A stretch of 64,000 bases of DNA from Callorhinchus milii (taxonomy: Eukaryota). Below, piece by piece: positions 11,064 through 25,209 of the stretch. The stretch lies in the NCBI RefSeq assembly GCF_018977255.1, contig NW_024704743.1, forward strand, positions 43,712,001 to 43,776,000, given 5' to 3'. Numbering within the stretch: position 1 is the stretch's first letter; every line of letters begins with the position of its first letter. The notes beneath the pieces were generated by a model. It worked only from the letters and a program-made list of their open reading frames with translations. It did not search any database and was not told the DNA's origin. Both the position numbers and the translations under genes were made by a program.

Positions 11064-12524
11064 GAGTGATTAGTTTTGTACACATTTAGTGCATTTATTT
11101 GTCTTGTAACAAAATGCAGTCTTGTTAGGGATATTTTATTATAATTTGAAATTGACTTGTTACGATAGTTTTGGACTTTGGATAAGCATTTTTATTCCAG
11201 GTTGTAAACATTTCAACTACTGCAGTTATAAGTCACAACATTCGTTTTAATCACAGGACCAAAAAATGATTCACCACTGTTATATTTCTCATTTTTGGCG
11301 AGCAAGAGAATAAAGCATAGCATAAAATCAAGTGTTTAAACAGGATGAGGTACAGTGCATCTGATAGCCAGCACATTCAGGTCATGGTGCACTGATATCA
11401 CCATCAATGACATAATCGAGCTGTGTTACACACGTGTGCAGTGTGCAGAAAGCCGGGAGGGTTGCATGCTATGTGCAGGAGTCCAACTAGTCAGTGCCAA
11501 AAATGTACCGCATTCTGGTGTACCATAGCTCCAATAGTATGTCTGTGTTATATCCATCCAGCCACTCTCCTCAGGCAGGCAAGAACAATGAAGGCTGTGG
11601 AACGCAACTAATGTCATAAAGTAGGGGAAATGGTGGCAGACATTGCCAGAGCAGTATGTTTGGTAATGGGAAAAATATCACTGGCGATAATAGATCAGTG
11701 AGGAGGAATTGCACCTCAACCTGGATTGACTCTAGAATTACTCAGGGCATTCAGAACTTGGCAAATTGTTGAATTCAGTTTTAATTTTGACAATGATTTA
11801 CTTGAAAAGAAAACCAGCTTCAAAGTAAAGGCTGTGTTTAAGCATCTGCCAAATTCTGGACGCTCCTAAATGCTACATTAACAGAGTAAATCTAGATGTA
11901 GGTGAAATTTCTCCTCATGCATGTCACAATGTTCACTCTCATAGAAATAAAAACAAGAAAAGAAAGGATATGAATCTCTCTGAGCCATATATTACATTCA
12001 GAACATTTTAAGCCACTCTATTACTTCAGCCAAAGTTTGTTACTGGCAGATTAAATAATTGAGATGAAACCATTAAAATTCTTCAAGATCTAGGGCCAGA
12101 AATTCTTCTGTTTGTTTATAAAATGAGCAAAAAGCCTATTTCAAAAATGTTCCAAAGTAATGCTAATAAAATTGCATGAGCGCTTAATGGCTCTCAACCC
12201 AGTTGTAAGAATTGCAATTTCATTGGTTTTAACATAAACGTAGCTACCAACAAGAAAGCGCCTTCAATGATCAGCAGTTCACATTGCTAAAGTACCCTAA
12301 AAATCCCATTTAGCCTTATAAAATGCAAAGCGTCCATTAATCCAGCTGTGGTAGTGAATTGTTTGAAGGCAACAGAGCAACAGTAAACTCATGAAAATCT
12401 GCTTAAAAAAGAAAAAAAAATAAGTGAATCGCAGCAGGAGAAACAAAGCTATACATTTTAAAATTCAAGGAAGCGCAGTATAGCTACAATCTCTAATGAA
12501 ACTTCATATCAGAACATTTTTAAG

Positions 12525-12925
12525 AATAATAATCCTTATATTTGATATAGTGCCTTATCAGACGATTGAAATGTCCCAAAACGCTTTACAGAGTTTAACG
12601 CTAAATGTAACTGAATATTTTGTAGGCAAACCTGACAGATGTCTGCTGACTCGCTTGTAATGCTCCAGCCTCCAAGTCAGAAGGTTGTTGGTTCAAGCCC
12701 CACATTAGGACTTTGAACTCACAATCTGATGCTTCAGTAAAGTGCTGGGGAACACTGCATTGTTCGAGGTGCAGTCCTTCAGATGAGACCTGATACCTGG
12801 GTCCCATCTGCCGCTTCAGATTAACTATAAAGATCCCATGGCTGTATTTGTAAAAGTGCATTTCCCCAGTGAATGTGACCTACAGTTTGTGCAGAGCAAC
12901 GACTCACAAAAAGTCATGAACTGAA
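12525..12925. mobile_element. Nested SINEs: a + strand family D head and body (about 12640-12870) inside a - strand SINE 3' half
   Basis: Minus tail at 12525-12635, then the plus head TCAGAAGGTTGTTGGTTCAAGCCCCAC, then minus body sequence resumes at about 12880. Confidence 0.6.
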
Positions 12926-12944
12926 TATAGCATTTAGTATCTGG

Positions 12945-13325
12945 TATAACTTTCATAGCACTTTTCATGGAAGGAGAACATCTCAAAGCACTTTATACAA
13001 ACACTGAATGGGAGTCGGGGGGTGGGGGGGGGGGGGGTGAGGCGGTGGGGGTGAGGGATGAATTGGCCAAAAATGTAGTCAAAGATAGATAGTTTTTAAA
13101 ATTGTTTTTGAAAACTGAGAGGAGGGGTTTGAGCAAGGTGGAGGGTCTTGAGAATAAAATTCCAGAGAGCAGAGGCAAAGTGGCTCTAAGTTCACCTGCC
13201 CATGGTGGGGTGATGTGGGCGGTCGGTATAAAGCAGGCCAGAGTTGGCAGAGAACAGGGAATGGCTACGAGTTGGTTTGCAGGAGATCTCTGAGGTAGGA
13301 TAAGGCAAGGCTATGGAAGCATTTA
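12945..13325 (-). mobile_element. Degraded L2 3' fragment with a poly-G tract
   Basis: G-rich reverse complement of the L2 3' region; tail remnant at 12955-12992. Confidence 0.6.
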
Positions 13326-14399
13326 TATCATTTGAGCTGAAGGCCGGTCGCCGTTATGCTGAACGGCCTTTGGCAATGTGTGATTTTAATAAAGAAATTC
13401 CATGAGCAGCTGATGTCACCAAATGCTTTATATATTTATTTGGTATTTGGTATGTATGGTATTTCAGCTCAATTCCCTGTTCTGTGCCCACCATTGTCTT
13501 CCTCAAGTGTCTTGAGACTTCAATTTAAATGAAAGGAGCTATATAAATACAAGTTGTTGTTGCACACTTGGTGATGATGTATCTCTGTCAAAACACAGCA
13601 TCACTCCTTTCACACAAACCAACATCTATAGTGACACCTCTTCAGAAGTACACCAGAGGAACGCACGTAAAGCTTTACCTCAAAATGGAGTTACGAAATG
13701 CTGCTAAAATTAAGAACTTAAGAATGTAAGTTTAAGGGTTGAGTCAAGATATTCAAATGAGGTGCAAATTCTGAATGAGCAATCCATTCTTTCACTGTTC
13801 ATACTCAGAGAACATTAAGCCATCCACTCACAGCTTTCTCTCCCTATCTTTGCATTTGCCTAAAAAATACACTACACTTTACAGTAAATCCTGCAAAGCA
13901 CTTTGAGGCATCCTCCTGATGTGAAAGGTACTATATCAAATGCAAAGAATGTTATTGCATGCACTTATTTTATGGTACAATATTTAAGTGCAGAATTTAG
14001 TGTCCTGGTCTTGTTGATGACCTGAAAATATATTTAATTGGTTGTATGTACACATGAAATTCAGAGAAAAATTGCTGGCATTAGCTATCAAGACTAACAT
14101 CTTGATAGATTAAATGGAAGATAATTTCCCACTAAAGCAGACAGCATTCCATCTTTTATGCATCTAGCTCATGGCGATGAGCATTTGAAGTCTAATTTTG
14201 GAAATGTTTCAAAAGGCACAAAGCTAAATTCCAGTTCAAACGCAATTTTTTAAATTGATTAGCTCTGAAATAAAAACTCAGAACAAGACAAAGTTAAAAA
14301 TTTATATCACAATCAACTGAACTTAATGGGTTGAAATTCCAGTTCATTGAACTCGAAAAAGAGTGCAACAGATGATGTTTCGCAACACATTTCTTGTAC

Positions 14400-14750
14400 T
14401 AATTAACACAAAGAACACATTATGAAACATCACAAATTTCACCCCAACATGAGGCTTAATCCTACCACAGCAGTATGTCTTCACGTATTTACTATCCCAC
14501 CAACATCTGTACTTACAGAGCACACATTCATCTGTCACCTTTCTAGCTGCTTTCTGAATATATGGCATGTATACATTCACCATTGGACCTACTTTCTGGA
14601 TATCCAGAAAAGTATTAAACTGTTTACTGATATTTTCCAAATACTTTGCACAAATAATCAATCGTTGTTTACCAGTGCTTCTGTGACCACAGTGTACACA
14701 TTCATCTGGTCAACTTTTCAACTAACACCTGCAGTTTTCACAGTCACCCA
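14400..14750 (-). mobile_element. Possible very old CR1 RT remnant
   Basis: Minus ORF VNVYMPYIQKAARKVTDECVLCKYR loosely resembles CR1 VDVVYLDFQKAFDKVPHKRLLXKL. Confidence 0.35.
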
Positions 14751-17700
14751 TTCAACTGCTCCAACCACTTCCTCCCTCTACAGCATACCATCCACCTTTA
14801 CCAATAGAGTCTGGGATTGTAGCATAAATTCATCTCTTCATCCTTCCTGCTACCTTCTGCATCTACCATGTGAGCATTCATTTATTCATCATTCCAACTG
14901 CCACCTGTCCCTAACCTAAGTATTAACTTGTTCACTTCTAGCTGTCTTCTATGTCACCGTGCAGTATTCATCTCTTTAACATATTTAAAGCATGAGCAAT
15001 TGGGCATTTTCCATGATCTGCTGTGGCTAATCGAGAACATCATCCATCATAACCAAAGTTAGTATCCTGGATATGAAAATTCAGAGCAAGACTGGCAGGC
15101 AATAGCTATCAAGCCTAAAGTAAAATCCTGTAAAGCACTTTGAGGTGTTTTGACAGCTTGATAAAAGATTATTATTATTAGTAGTAGTATATTTATATTA
15201 GAAAGTCTAAACAGAAGATAATACTACTTTATGGATTTTAGGGCACACCAACCAACTGTTCACTTGCACCTACCTCTTGAGTCTACCACAATGTGTACAT
15301 ATTTTGCCATCCAATCTATTATTTACATCTGTAAGTGCTCTGACATGTTATTCTATGCGAAGGGTGCTATATAAATGCAAGTTGTCCTTGCTGTACAGAA
15401 TGCTTCATTCCTTAGTTGAGATGTCTGAGATGTTAGTTGAGATGTCTGAGAGTTAGGGTCTCTCTTTTACCATCACAGCTATCTTGCATTCTGTATTCTG
15501 TTGTCATTCTTGGGCAACCATTCTGTCTCACATTTACTCAGTTCACCTCTTCCCAAATACATTCTGAATCTTCACTAAATAGCAACCCTTTCACTATCTT
15601 AATGATGTACTGTGCTTCAACTGTAATCCTTTCATCTCCCAATTACCTTCTCTGAGTTCACTGTACAAGGTGGTTTCTCCATTCTGTAGTAGTCTGCAGA
15701 GTAACTTGCCCCAATAACAACTGTAATGATATATAAACTGTGTTAATAACAGCAGGAGCATGACAGTAAAAAAACATAAAATTACACAGAGTGTACTGCA
15801 CCAAAAAAGGCCATTCTACCAAATTAGCCATGTCAGTGTTTATACTGCATTATGAACCTCCACCCCACCTAATCCCCTATCCCTTCCCGCATACTCTCCT
15901 ATTTGCTTCTCCCTCTTTTATGCAAAACACGGTCATTGAAGTTTAATTGGGTATTTCGTCAGCTTTATGCTGTATTAGGAATGGGAAATGGATTTGAAAA
16001 CTAAAAAAAGCAGATAATTAAAATCAAACACAAGATGTTGTGTGTTTTGACTTTACAATGTGTAACATTTCCCTGCAGCAGGAGCAGCATGCTAAACCAT
16101 GCCCAGATTGTTTTGTGAAGACTCTGTGAATTCAAAACATACACTAACCCATTCTCCTTATTACACTGCAAACAAATGCAACACATTTAGATATCATACA
16201 GATTTCCGAGAAATTCATTCCCAGTTATTGTTTCTTTTCCTATTTCCAAAAGTAATCTCACCGATAAAGATTATGCAACACAGAGCAACACAGAACCTCT
16301 GGGGTATCAGTCATTATCAGCTAGCACAGCAGAACAGCTGCTCTCAGGAAAGATAAACCCCAGTGGAAGGACTGCTAACCAGATGAAAATCGGGTTAATG
16401 ATTTCTCGATGAAACATCTCATTATCACTACAGCAGCCAAGCTGTTAGACTTCACTCAGTATATCCCACTCTCAACCATCAGAGTAGTGAGACAGTTTTG
16501 GGAGCTTTTTTAGCTAATTTTCTCCCTGCTTCAATCCTGTAGGTATATTTAGTTTGGCCAGTTAGATATCTGACATGAGCAAACTCATGTTTAAGTGTAT
16601 CCAAACCAGACTGATAGTTCTGTGCACACAGCCTACAAGTGGAAATTCCCGTCACTGGAATGGACTGCACCCTCTCTCCCTAAAGAAACAAACTCAGAAC
16701 TTAACAGCACAGAAGTACACCATTCGACCTATTGTATCTGTGCAATCCTTTCAGTCCTATTTATTTGCCCTTCCCCATACTTCTGTAGATTACTTGTTTT
16801 TAGATATCTCCAGAGGGATAATTGTGTTTACTTAATTCAGGAAAGTGTTTACTTAATTCAGTAAATTAATGTACTTAATACATGTCACCTTGGAGCCAGT
16901 TCAACTCAAAAGAGGCACCACTTACCTTACCAACTAAAGAGGGTAAGGTGCATCTTCCAAATAAAGATAATACAAGAGCAAAAGCAGAAGAATGTTGTCT
17001 TAGCAAAAGGGTAATTGGCGCCTAGAACAAATCACCAATATAGTTAGTGGAACAAAAAGGTATACAAGGATCCAAAAGGAACCAGTCAAATTCCAGCCGA
17101 TTAAAAGGATTCAGAGTTATTAGATTTAGAGGCAGATACAGTGAAGGAATCTTGTGTAAAATTGCATTGGTAGGTAAAATGGATTGATATTATTACTCGG
17201 GTCAATTTAGTGCTGCATGTAAGATTCAGTGCTTTTAATGTAGAACAGATCAATGGGCTGAATTCAAGCCTCTTCCTGTCCCCATCTAGTCCAAACTGAG
17301 GAATATCTATTCAAATTCTATTCCTTAATTTCTCTGGATGTAATTAAGGAATAGATGCAAAAAAAATTGTTTAAAAATGTTCTTAAAGCATGCGACCAGA
17401 TTTATGCTGCATACTTTCTGCAGCCTGCTCCTTCCCCATGAGGCTTTAGTCTGGCCATTCCAATGCATTTCCAATGCAGTTCAGGACTAATTTTCACAGA
17501 TTAATCCCTCTAAAAACAAAGCACAACTTTAATATTAATATTAGTAAGCAAATAAATGCATATTCAATACCTGATAACATTTACAAGCTTACAAAGATTT
17601 TTACTTATTTTTAAATCAAGTTCAGGAAAATTTATGCTGACCGTAATATTTTCAGCTATTACCTTAGCATACTGTGCCTGCAGAAATCCCCCAAAAGGAG

Positions 17701-17939
17701 TGTCCGAAACAAATTCTTGTGAGTCAACATTATATTCTGGGGTGCTTTTTCTGGCATGAGGCACCAATTACACTGTGATTTCCTGACAAGTGTGTTTTTC
17801 AACCCCAAATTGTGAACTACATCATTTTCCAGAGTCAGTCTGGAACTAAGCCAAGTATAATATGCCCTGATCCCTATTAAGAGATTGCTCATTGATGCAT
17901 TTAAGAGGAAACTTGATGAATACGAGGGAGAAATAATAA

Positions 17940-18370
17940 GATAATAAACCCCGCATTTGATAAAGTGCCTTTAATGTTAGACGCACATATCAAATCACTT
18001 TACAGGATCACTGGAAAGTGTAGTGACTGTGCATTTTTGTAGGTGAACCAGTAGCAACTTTGCACAAAGCAATGTCCCACAAATAGTCCTGAGGTGAGTG
18101 ATTAGTTTTATCTGGTGGTTTGATGACCAAGACACCAGTAGAAACTCTCTTCTCCTTAGAATAACACCATGGGATCTTTAACGTCCACCTGAACAACCAA
18201 GCGGGATCTTGGTGTAATCAGTCACATGTGAAGGACAGCCTCTCTAATAATACAGTGCACCCCCAGTATAGCCTTGTAGTGCCAACCTAGACTATGTGAA
18301 TTCAAAGTCCCGATTTGGAACTTCAATTCATAACCTTCTGACTCAAAGGCAAGAGTGCTACCAACTGAGG
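17940..18370 (-). mobile_element. Family D SINE, near full length
   Basis: Head CTCAGTTGGTAGCACTCTTGCCTTTGAGTCAGAAGGTTATG and central CAGGTGGACGTTAAAGATCCCATGGTG on the minus strand. Confidence 0.8.
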
Positions 18371-18374
18371 AGTA

Positions 18375-18595
18375 TGACTATGATAATAATAATATAATAA
18401 TCATAATGATAATATATAATAGTATATAATAATAATATAATAATATAACAATATAATAATAGAATAATAGAATAATAGAATAATAGAATAATAATCCTTG
18501 CATTTGATATAACGCTTTTCATGTCTTCTCGATGTCTCAAAGCGCTTCACAGAATAGACTGTAAAGTGAATTGACCGTATATTTGTGGGCGAAAT
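18375..18595 (-). mobile_element. Family A SINE 3' fragment with an expanded, mutated AAT/ATAATAGA tail of about 120 bp
   Basis: SINE tail motif at 18488-18595, preceded by a low-complexity AAT array containing tandem ATAATAGA units. Confidence 0.8.
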
Positions 18596-21584
18596 GGTTT
18601 AGGATGGGTGGAACTCATGTAGAGTATAAATACTGGCATGGACTAGTTGGACTGAATGGCCTATTCCAGGCTGTATTCTATGTAACAGACTTTGACATGC
18701 ACGGAAGAAGAGGAAAGAGCCGATGACACACAGCCAACCCTTGGACCGCAAAACACATGGTATTTACAAAGCATTAATGACTTCTTCAGCACAGCCAAAT
18801 AGAGTCATTCCCCATTGATTTAATTTACTTCAGTTAGATTGGTCAATACTTGACACAATATATGCAGAGCTGAAGTGATGCTATAATTACTGTGTGCGCA
18901 TGAAGACTGTACATACACTGCATTTATCTCCTGTAAAATGTAATCAATTGAAACCGAATGACAGTGAACATTCAGAACTAGTCTCCAGCACTGATAAATT
19001 ACAAGTTATCAAATAATGCGCCTTACACGTCAATATGTTAGTGAGTGCCACACCTTGTGAACATGTCTAACTCTCAGGAAACAGCACTGACATTTCTCAC
19101 CATTATTGATTTTTACGGATACAGGAACTTTGTCTATTCAGTAGAAAGCATATCATCATTCGCCTAAAATGCAGTCACTTGATTTCACAGTAAAAATCCT
19201 GTGCAATGCTTTGAAATGTTTCGACAATGTCATAATACTCTATATCAAATGTAAGTGTTATTATTATCATCATCATCACGCTTCCCTGAAGCTTCCTCCA
19301 TTGAACCAACCTTTAAAACTGCCACCTGCAGCATTTCAGCATTTCAGGGGGGCTTCACACTACTGCATTTGAAAATAATTGGTCTCCTCAAATGTCATTC
19401 AGTAAGGTAAAGAGCAGAGCAGCCAGAATTGATCCCTGCAAAATTCAACAAGTTTATGAAAAGTTACTATGCAGTCAGTGGTGGAACACAATCATCAATA
19501 AGATAACCCTTTGATCTGATAAGAAGATCAAATTCACCAGTCTCCATAAAGCTTGATTGCAGAAATACTCTGCTTGTAACTTTCTTGGTTAAATTTCCCA
19601 AGAAAATAATTCTTCTTTATCTCCAGTTATCGACTGAAGCTGATGCTTGTTAATTGTGCAATAAATGCACTATGGACAAGATTTTCTACAACTGACTGCA
19701 AATTAGAGAAAACCCCAGGTCAAGAAAACATATCTCAGTCAATGCACAGGAACTAATACATATCTCTGTATGAGCAGCATAAACAGCAGAATAAAACGGA
19801 GTTGAACTTCTCAACGCCAGCTACAGTAGATGAAGATTAGAGATTTCACACAGATATTATGCATTTCAATTAAGGTTTGTAAATTTGCACAGACCCTTCA
19901 TTTAAAGAAGTTGTCAGGCATATAGTGACATATGAATGACTCACATTGCTGTAGCAACAAGTAGAGTACATGATGTTGTTAAATGGTTTAAGTACCCCAT
20001 CTGACAAAAGGCACCCATGGGAAAAATTGATATAGGTACATTATATATAAGGGAACCAATGGGGTAAATAATGCGTTGCTTGCTGTCCTAGTGAATAACA
20101 CATTAATCTTTGAGTCACCAAAATGTTGGCTTAGATGTAATGTTGGAGGAAATATTATACCAAAAAAATGATGTAGTTATAATTACGTAGTAACTCATTC
20201 TGGGAATTGTAAAGATCATTTCATACTAACTCCAGCCATATTTTTTAACCTTCAATCTGTAATCAAGAAGGCAGATGCAAATTAAAGTACAGACTCAGGA
20301 TTATCAATAACTCTTTGGGGAAGGCTAGACCTTGAGCATAAAAGTGGTATAAATGAATAGTAATAGCCTCGCTCTTTTCTTGAGTCAACAGGAGTTACCT
20401 ATTTTGTACATTTTCCTTCTCTGGCATATGTGAATATGGAAACATCTGTCTGTCACACTGGCACCTATAATTGGCAGAATAGAAAGACAGACACTCTGTG
20501 TAGATGCTAAATTGGGTTTAGGTTGCAACAAGTCTTTATTGCAGTCTTTATTGCCCTTATTTTAATACACTCGGAACTTCATTGTTCACAATATTTGTGA
20601 ACAAAAATATTGGCAAAGATATTAACAGTAGAATCAATGCATCTGAAGATAATGCCTGGCAAAATGGAACAGTGGGACGTATGGAAGAAAGAAAGAAAAA
20701 TTCAAGAGAGTTTTACCAACTGCTCAGATGAATTGCAAACGGCATTTATTGTTGAGAAATTTAAAGAACAAAGTATCTGTATATGTTCATATATAAACAA
20801 AATTCAAGAACGAGATTTCAATATTGTATTTGATGAAACATTGAAACTTATCAAAACGTGCAGTGGCTTTTACAGAGAGAAAAGAATATATATATATGTA
20901 TTTGATATAAATAAAATAGAATAGAAATGTGCTGATGTGATTCTGACACTATAAAACAGCATTGAGGTGACAAGTGAGCACTTTTATTTATCATATTTGT
21001 AAAAATATATTAGGAGTTATGTTCTGGTCACAAGGGATTTTGCATTACAAGCACAAAATACAATGTTGCTACTGCAGGGGGAACTGGGCAAGATAACCCT
21101 TAAAAAGGTAGTGAAATGGTTTGGCAGCAAAAATGATTTCAGGCTTTAAATCATTGAACTGTGATGAAAGGCTAAGGAAGTTAAATCTGTTCTCATTAGA
21201 GAAAAGAAGATTAAGGGAGATATCATCCAAGTTCTTAAAATAGTGAGTGCCGCAGGGAGGTATTTTATATAAAGCCATGACAGAAAAACCAGAGGATATG
21301 CTGATAAGCTAACCATGGCATACCGAATAACTATTTCATACTTAGAGACATCAGAGTATGGAACAGATTGGCACAAAAGGATGCTGTGGCTTAGCTGAAA
21401 CGTTCTAGAAGCTGAATCAGTTCTTGATTTAAGTAAGAGCAGAGGGACACGGGGTTGGAATCTTAAAAACACAGCAAACCAGTCAGAATAGGCTGGCGAT
21501 TGAGCAAGCTGAATGGACTGGTAGAATTCAGCCAAACAGTCATGTGCTAATGTTTGGCATTCTCCACTTGTGTACAGTGATATA

Positions 21585-21822
21585 TTTTGTATGTGTTTGG
21601 ATGTTTGGGTATGTTTGTGTTATGTATTTGTATGCTTGTATGTATACGTTTGAGGGGATGGATGTGTGTATTTGTACGTGTATGTTTGTGTGGGTGTGCA
21701 TTTGTGTATGTTTGTGTGTGTATTTGTCTATGTTTTTGTGTGTCTGGGTGTTGGTGTGTATTTATATACATGTATGTGTGTATTTATATACATTATGTGT
21801 GTCTGTGTGCGTGTGTATGTTT
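21585..21822. repeat. Degenerate (TG/TA)n microsatellite
   Basis: About 240 bp of TGTG/TATG/TTTG units; this explains the overlapping Cys/Val-rich spurious ORFs. Confidence 0.9.
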
Positions 21823-21828
21823 ATTTCA

Positions 21829-21975
21829 AGTCCTGTAGCATGTTGATTAGAGTACTCACCTTCCAAGCAAGAGGATCTGGTTCGATTCCTGGGCGGGGTG
21901 AAACCTTGTGCAAGTTTTCTTTCTCCACACACCTGTGTTTACCTAGCAGTAAGTAGGAACCTAACTTGTCAGTTC
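21829..21975 (+). mobile_element. Family A SINE 5' half (long subfamily); a matching 3' half lies at about 22520-22697
   Basis: AGTCCTGTAGC...GGTTCGATTCCTGGGCGGGGTGAAACCTTG...TTTACCTAGCAGTAAGTAGGAACC. Confidence 0.75.
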
Positions 21976-24681
21976 CCTGTATTGTTTTAAATGCCAAAAT
22001 CAATTCAGCCCTGAAACTTCCTCCCCAACGTTGTCAAATATAACTCAGCTTTATGCAGCATCAGAGCAGAGAAGGGAGTCTCTCCTGGTGTCCTGGCCAA
22101 CAAACTTCCAGATAAATTAGTCATTCACTTCATGGCTGCTTGTAGGGCGTTGCTGTGCACAAATTAGCTTCCATGTACATCTACAAATACAGTCACTACC
22201 TTTGACAGCTATTCCCTGGGAGGTGTTTTGAAATGTTTCAGTGCTATAAATGCTACGTCAAAAGCAAACCTTGCTTATATTATTATATCCAGTAATGACC
22301 TTCCTCCAAGGCTAATGTATCCTTCCTAGTGAGGTGCCTAAACCCAAACATCAGTATTGTACTGCAAATGCAGTATAAATAGTAGTGTATTCAACTCCAA
22401 TCACATGCATTTCATGCTTACATTTTTTATGGTCAAACAGGTTTCTGACAGATGTGGAAACCCATCGCAATGTTTAATACTGTATCTAAATCAACAATAC
22501 TGTATCTTAAAAATAATAATAACAATTTGGTCACTCAATCCACGACTGTTTTTGAGACACTGCTGTGCGCAATTGGCTGCTCTGTTTCGGCTACCAAATA
22601 TAGTCAATTCAGTTTGCAGGATATTCTGTGAAGCACTTTGAACTGTCTTGAAGACGTGATAAAGCTTTATATCAAATGCAAGGATTATTATTATTATGAT
22701 AAAGATGGACCCATAAATGCCTTTATTCATCCACCCTTCTCGTGCTTCTACATTTAGAATGCATGTATTATTCTTATGTCCCAAATATATTAACTCACAC
22801 TTTTCCTATTTTAAACTGAATCTCTTGTCGCTTAGTTTGCACTTTGGTAATTGAGATAGATTCTAGATTCCCAAATCCCACAGTACCTAATCCGGTCACT
22901 ATTTATGTGCATAATTGCAGCAGATGAATATTAAGACAGACTATTAATTAAAATTCATATTACTTTTGTGAGGTGGATATAAAGATGATTTGTATGGCTC
23001 CCAAAACTGGGTCCCAAAAAATTCTCACTACAATACTGGGCTTTTTTATACTAATCCTCACCTGACAGATATTTCACCCTACAGATTAGCTTTGATGTTT
23101 GTTTTCTTGGTTTACCACATTTCACATGAAAACCTCACGTGGTGGATATAAAGAGCTGATGAAAATAAATTAAACCCGATTCTGAGGTATGAGGAGTATC
23201 TTTTCAAAACAGCTTTCCTGTGAATGCTACAATCCCATCAAAGTGCCATTCCTGGAGAACGCCAGCACAGAGAATCTGACAAAAGGAGAAGCTATTTGTT
23301 TTCCAAAACAGACCTGTCTTTTGAGATTTCATTCTAATAAATACCAACAACATTAGTTCATGTACATTTTGTACCATAATGTGTCTATTCTCAATGAAGT
23401 AAAAAAGACACAGACTCTTGTTTTGTAGCAGTGAGGAATCTGTCCTAAGAGCAATGGGATCTCACAATACAATTAATAATAATATGCCCTGCAGAGTATT
23501 CGTCATTGATTTTCTGAGCAGCATCGTATAAGAGCAGGCACTTTTGGAGCAATACACCTAGAATGCTGTTTGAATTGCAGCTCAGTTGCAGTATGAATAC
23601 AATTCATAACTTATTGAAACGTAGCACTTTTTACAGACACAGCCTAGTTCATTCTTTTCATATATAATGGGATTGGTGATGTGGTCCATGACAGTAACCT
23701 TTTGATAGTAGCAGTTTACAGGACATATGGGCAACATTTGTTATGACAAATGTTTCCTGCTGTTACATTAGCTGACAAAGGGATCAGTAAAATGTCTTTT
23801 TGGTGTGTATTTCTAAACATTTGTACCAATCACAAGTATTCCAGCCTAGAACTTCAAACTGCCCTAAAATTACAAGAATATAAACTTGCAAGATTATACA
23901 AAATCTCAAGAGAATTTTGGATAAAGAAGATCCTTCAGGCCACTTGATCTCATGCTTCCAGCAATCCTACACTCCCCATCATTGTCTTTTGTACCCGAAA
24001 ACCTTTATCCTTTTTCCTGCTGGCTCGGGTCATCCCAAAGTGTTGTTCTGAGTTTACATTCTCAATCCCATTTTATAATGCAATTTCTGTGGAAGATCAA
24101 CAGAAGGTAGTGTATTTGGCAGTTAAGTTTGAATACATTTCCAATAACAATGTTTAACATTTGTTTTACTAATTGCTACAAAAATACATATGCTTATTAG
24201 AACAAATAAACTTAATGCTTAACATTATTTGGTTTTTATTTGTAAGAGTAGGAATTATATTTTCATAAATTACAGTGTTAAGTGTATATCATATGTTTAC
24301 TATATCATTAAACGATTATATTGACCAAAGAAATATCATTCAGTTACAGATATAAACATGTTGATTTGAATATAACAATATACATTTTTTGTTTAAACTG
24401 CATTTTTATCAAGACAGACAGACAAAGTAATAGAAACAGTAGCTTTCAGATAATGTATCATTCTATCTATAATAATTGATTATTATTATAATTAATAAAT
24501 TCTAATTAATGAAAGTGTCCTGGGAGTAAGTGAAAAACCAACAGATCTGAGTTATGGTTAAAGCACCATTTTACAGATTTTCACCAATCAATATGTTTGT
24601 TTCAATGGAAGTTAATTGGGAAATATTGCTTTCATGTGAATTACATTTTTATAAACAAAATTTGGCTTTTTTCGCATATGT

Positions 24682-24990
24682 GGAGTCCTGTAGTTCAGTG
24701 GTTAGAATACTCGCTTTGCAAACCTGGGTTTGAATCCCAGCAGGGTGAAACCTTGGGCAAGTTTCCTTACTCCACATACCTGATAATAATCCCTCAAGAA
24801 AATAAAACAACAATAAATTGGTCACTTCAAAACCACGACTGTTTGTGGGACACTGATGTGCACAATTGGCTGCCGCATTTCGCCCACAAATATACAGTGA
24901 ATTCATTTTACAGTCTATTCTGTGAAGCGCTTTGAGACGTCTAGAAGATGTGAAAAGCGCTATATCAAATGCAAGGATTATTATTATTAT
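24682..24990 (+). mobile_element. Family A SINE, short subfamily, full length
   Basis: Starts GGAGTCCTGTAGTTCAGTGGTTAG and ends ATCAAATGCAAGG(ATT)4. Confidence 0.9.
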
Positions 24991-25037
24991 ATATCTCTGA
25001 GATGTCTCCTTTCAAGACTGAGGAGCATCAGCTTGTA

Positions 25038-25205
25038 GTAATAATAACCCTTGCATTTGATATAGTGGTTTTTACGTTTTCTAGATGTCTCAAAGTGCTT
25101 CACAGAATATCAAGTGAATTGACTGTATATTTGTGGGTGAAATGCAGCAGCCAAACTGCACACAGCAGTGTCCCACAAACAGTTGTGGATTGAAGTGACC
25201 AATTT
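25038..25205 (-). mobile_element. Family A SINE 3' half, tail-to-tail with the previous copy
   Basis: Reverse complement of about 24820-24990, separated by about 50 bp. Confidence 0.85.
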
Positions 25206-25209
25206 TTTT

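Noticed and set aside
14422..14919. 165-aa ORF on the + strand
   Set aside because: No recognisable domain or splice context, and it may be antisense to a decayed CR1 remnant.
15413..16862. Short tandem duplications (TAGTTGAGATGTCTGAGA x2 at about 15413; GTGTTTACTTAATTCAG x2 at about 16824)
   Set aside because: Ordinary slippage-type duplications with no sign of function.
20582..20604. Palindrome TTGTTCACAA-TAT-TTGTGAACAA
   Set aside because: An isolated 10-bp AT-rich inverted repeat with no associated element; not interpretable.
20610..20924. 104-aa Lys/Glu-rich ORF
   Set aside because: It has a non-ATG start, sits in A-rich sequence, and shows no recognisable homology or good splice sites.
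21544..21956. Overlapping Cys/Val-rich ORFs
   Set aside because: These are translations of a (TG)n microsatellite.
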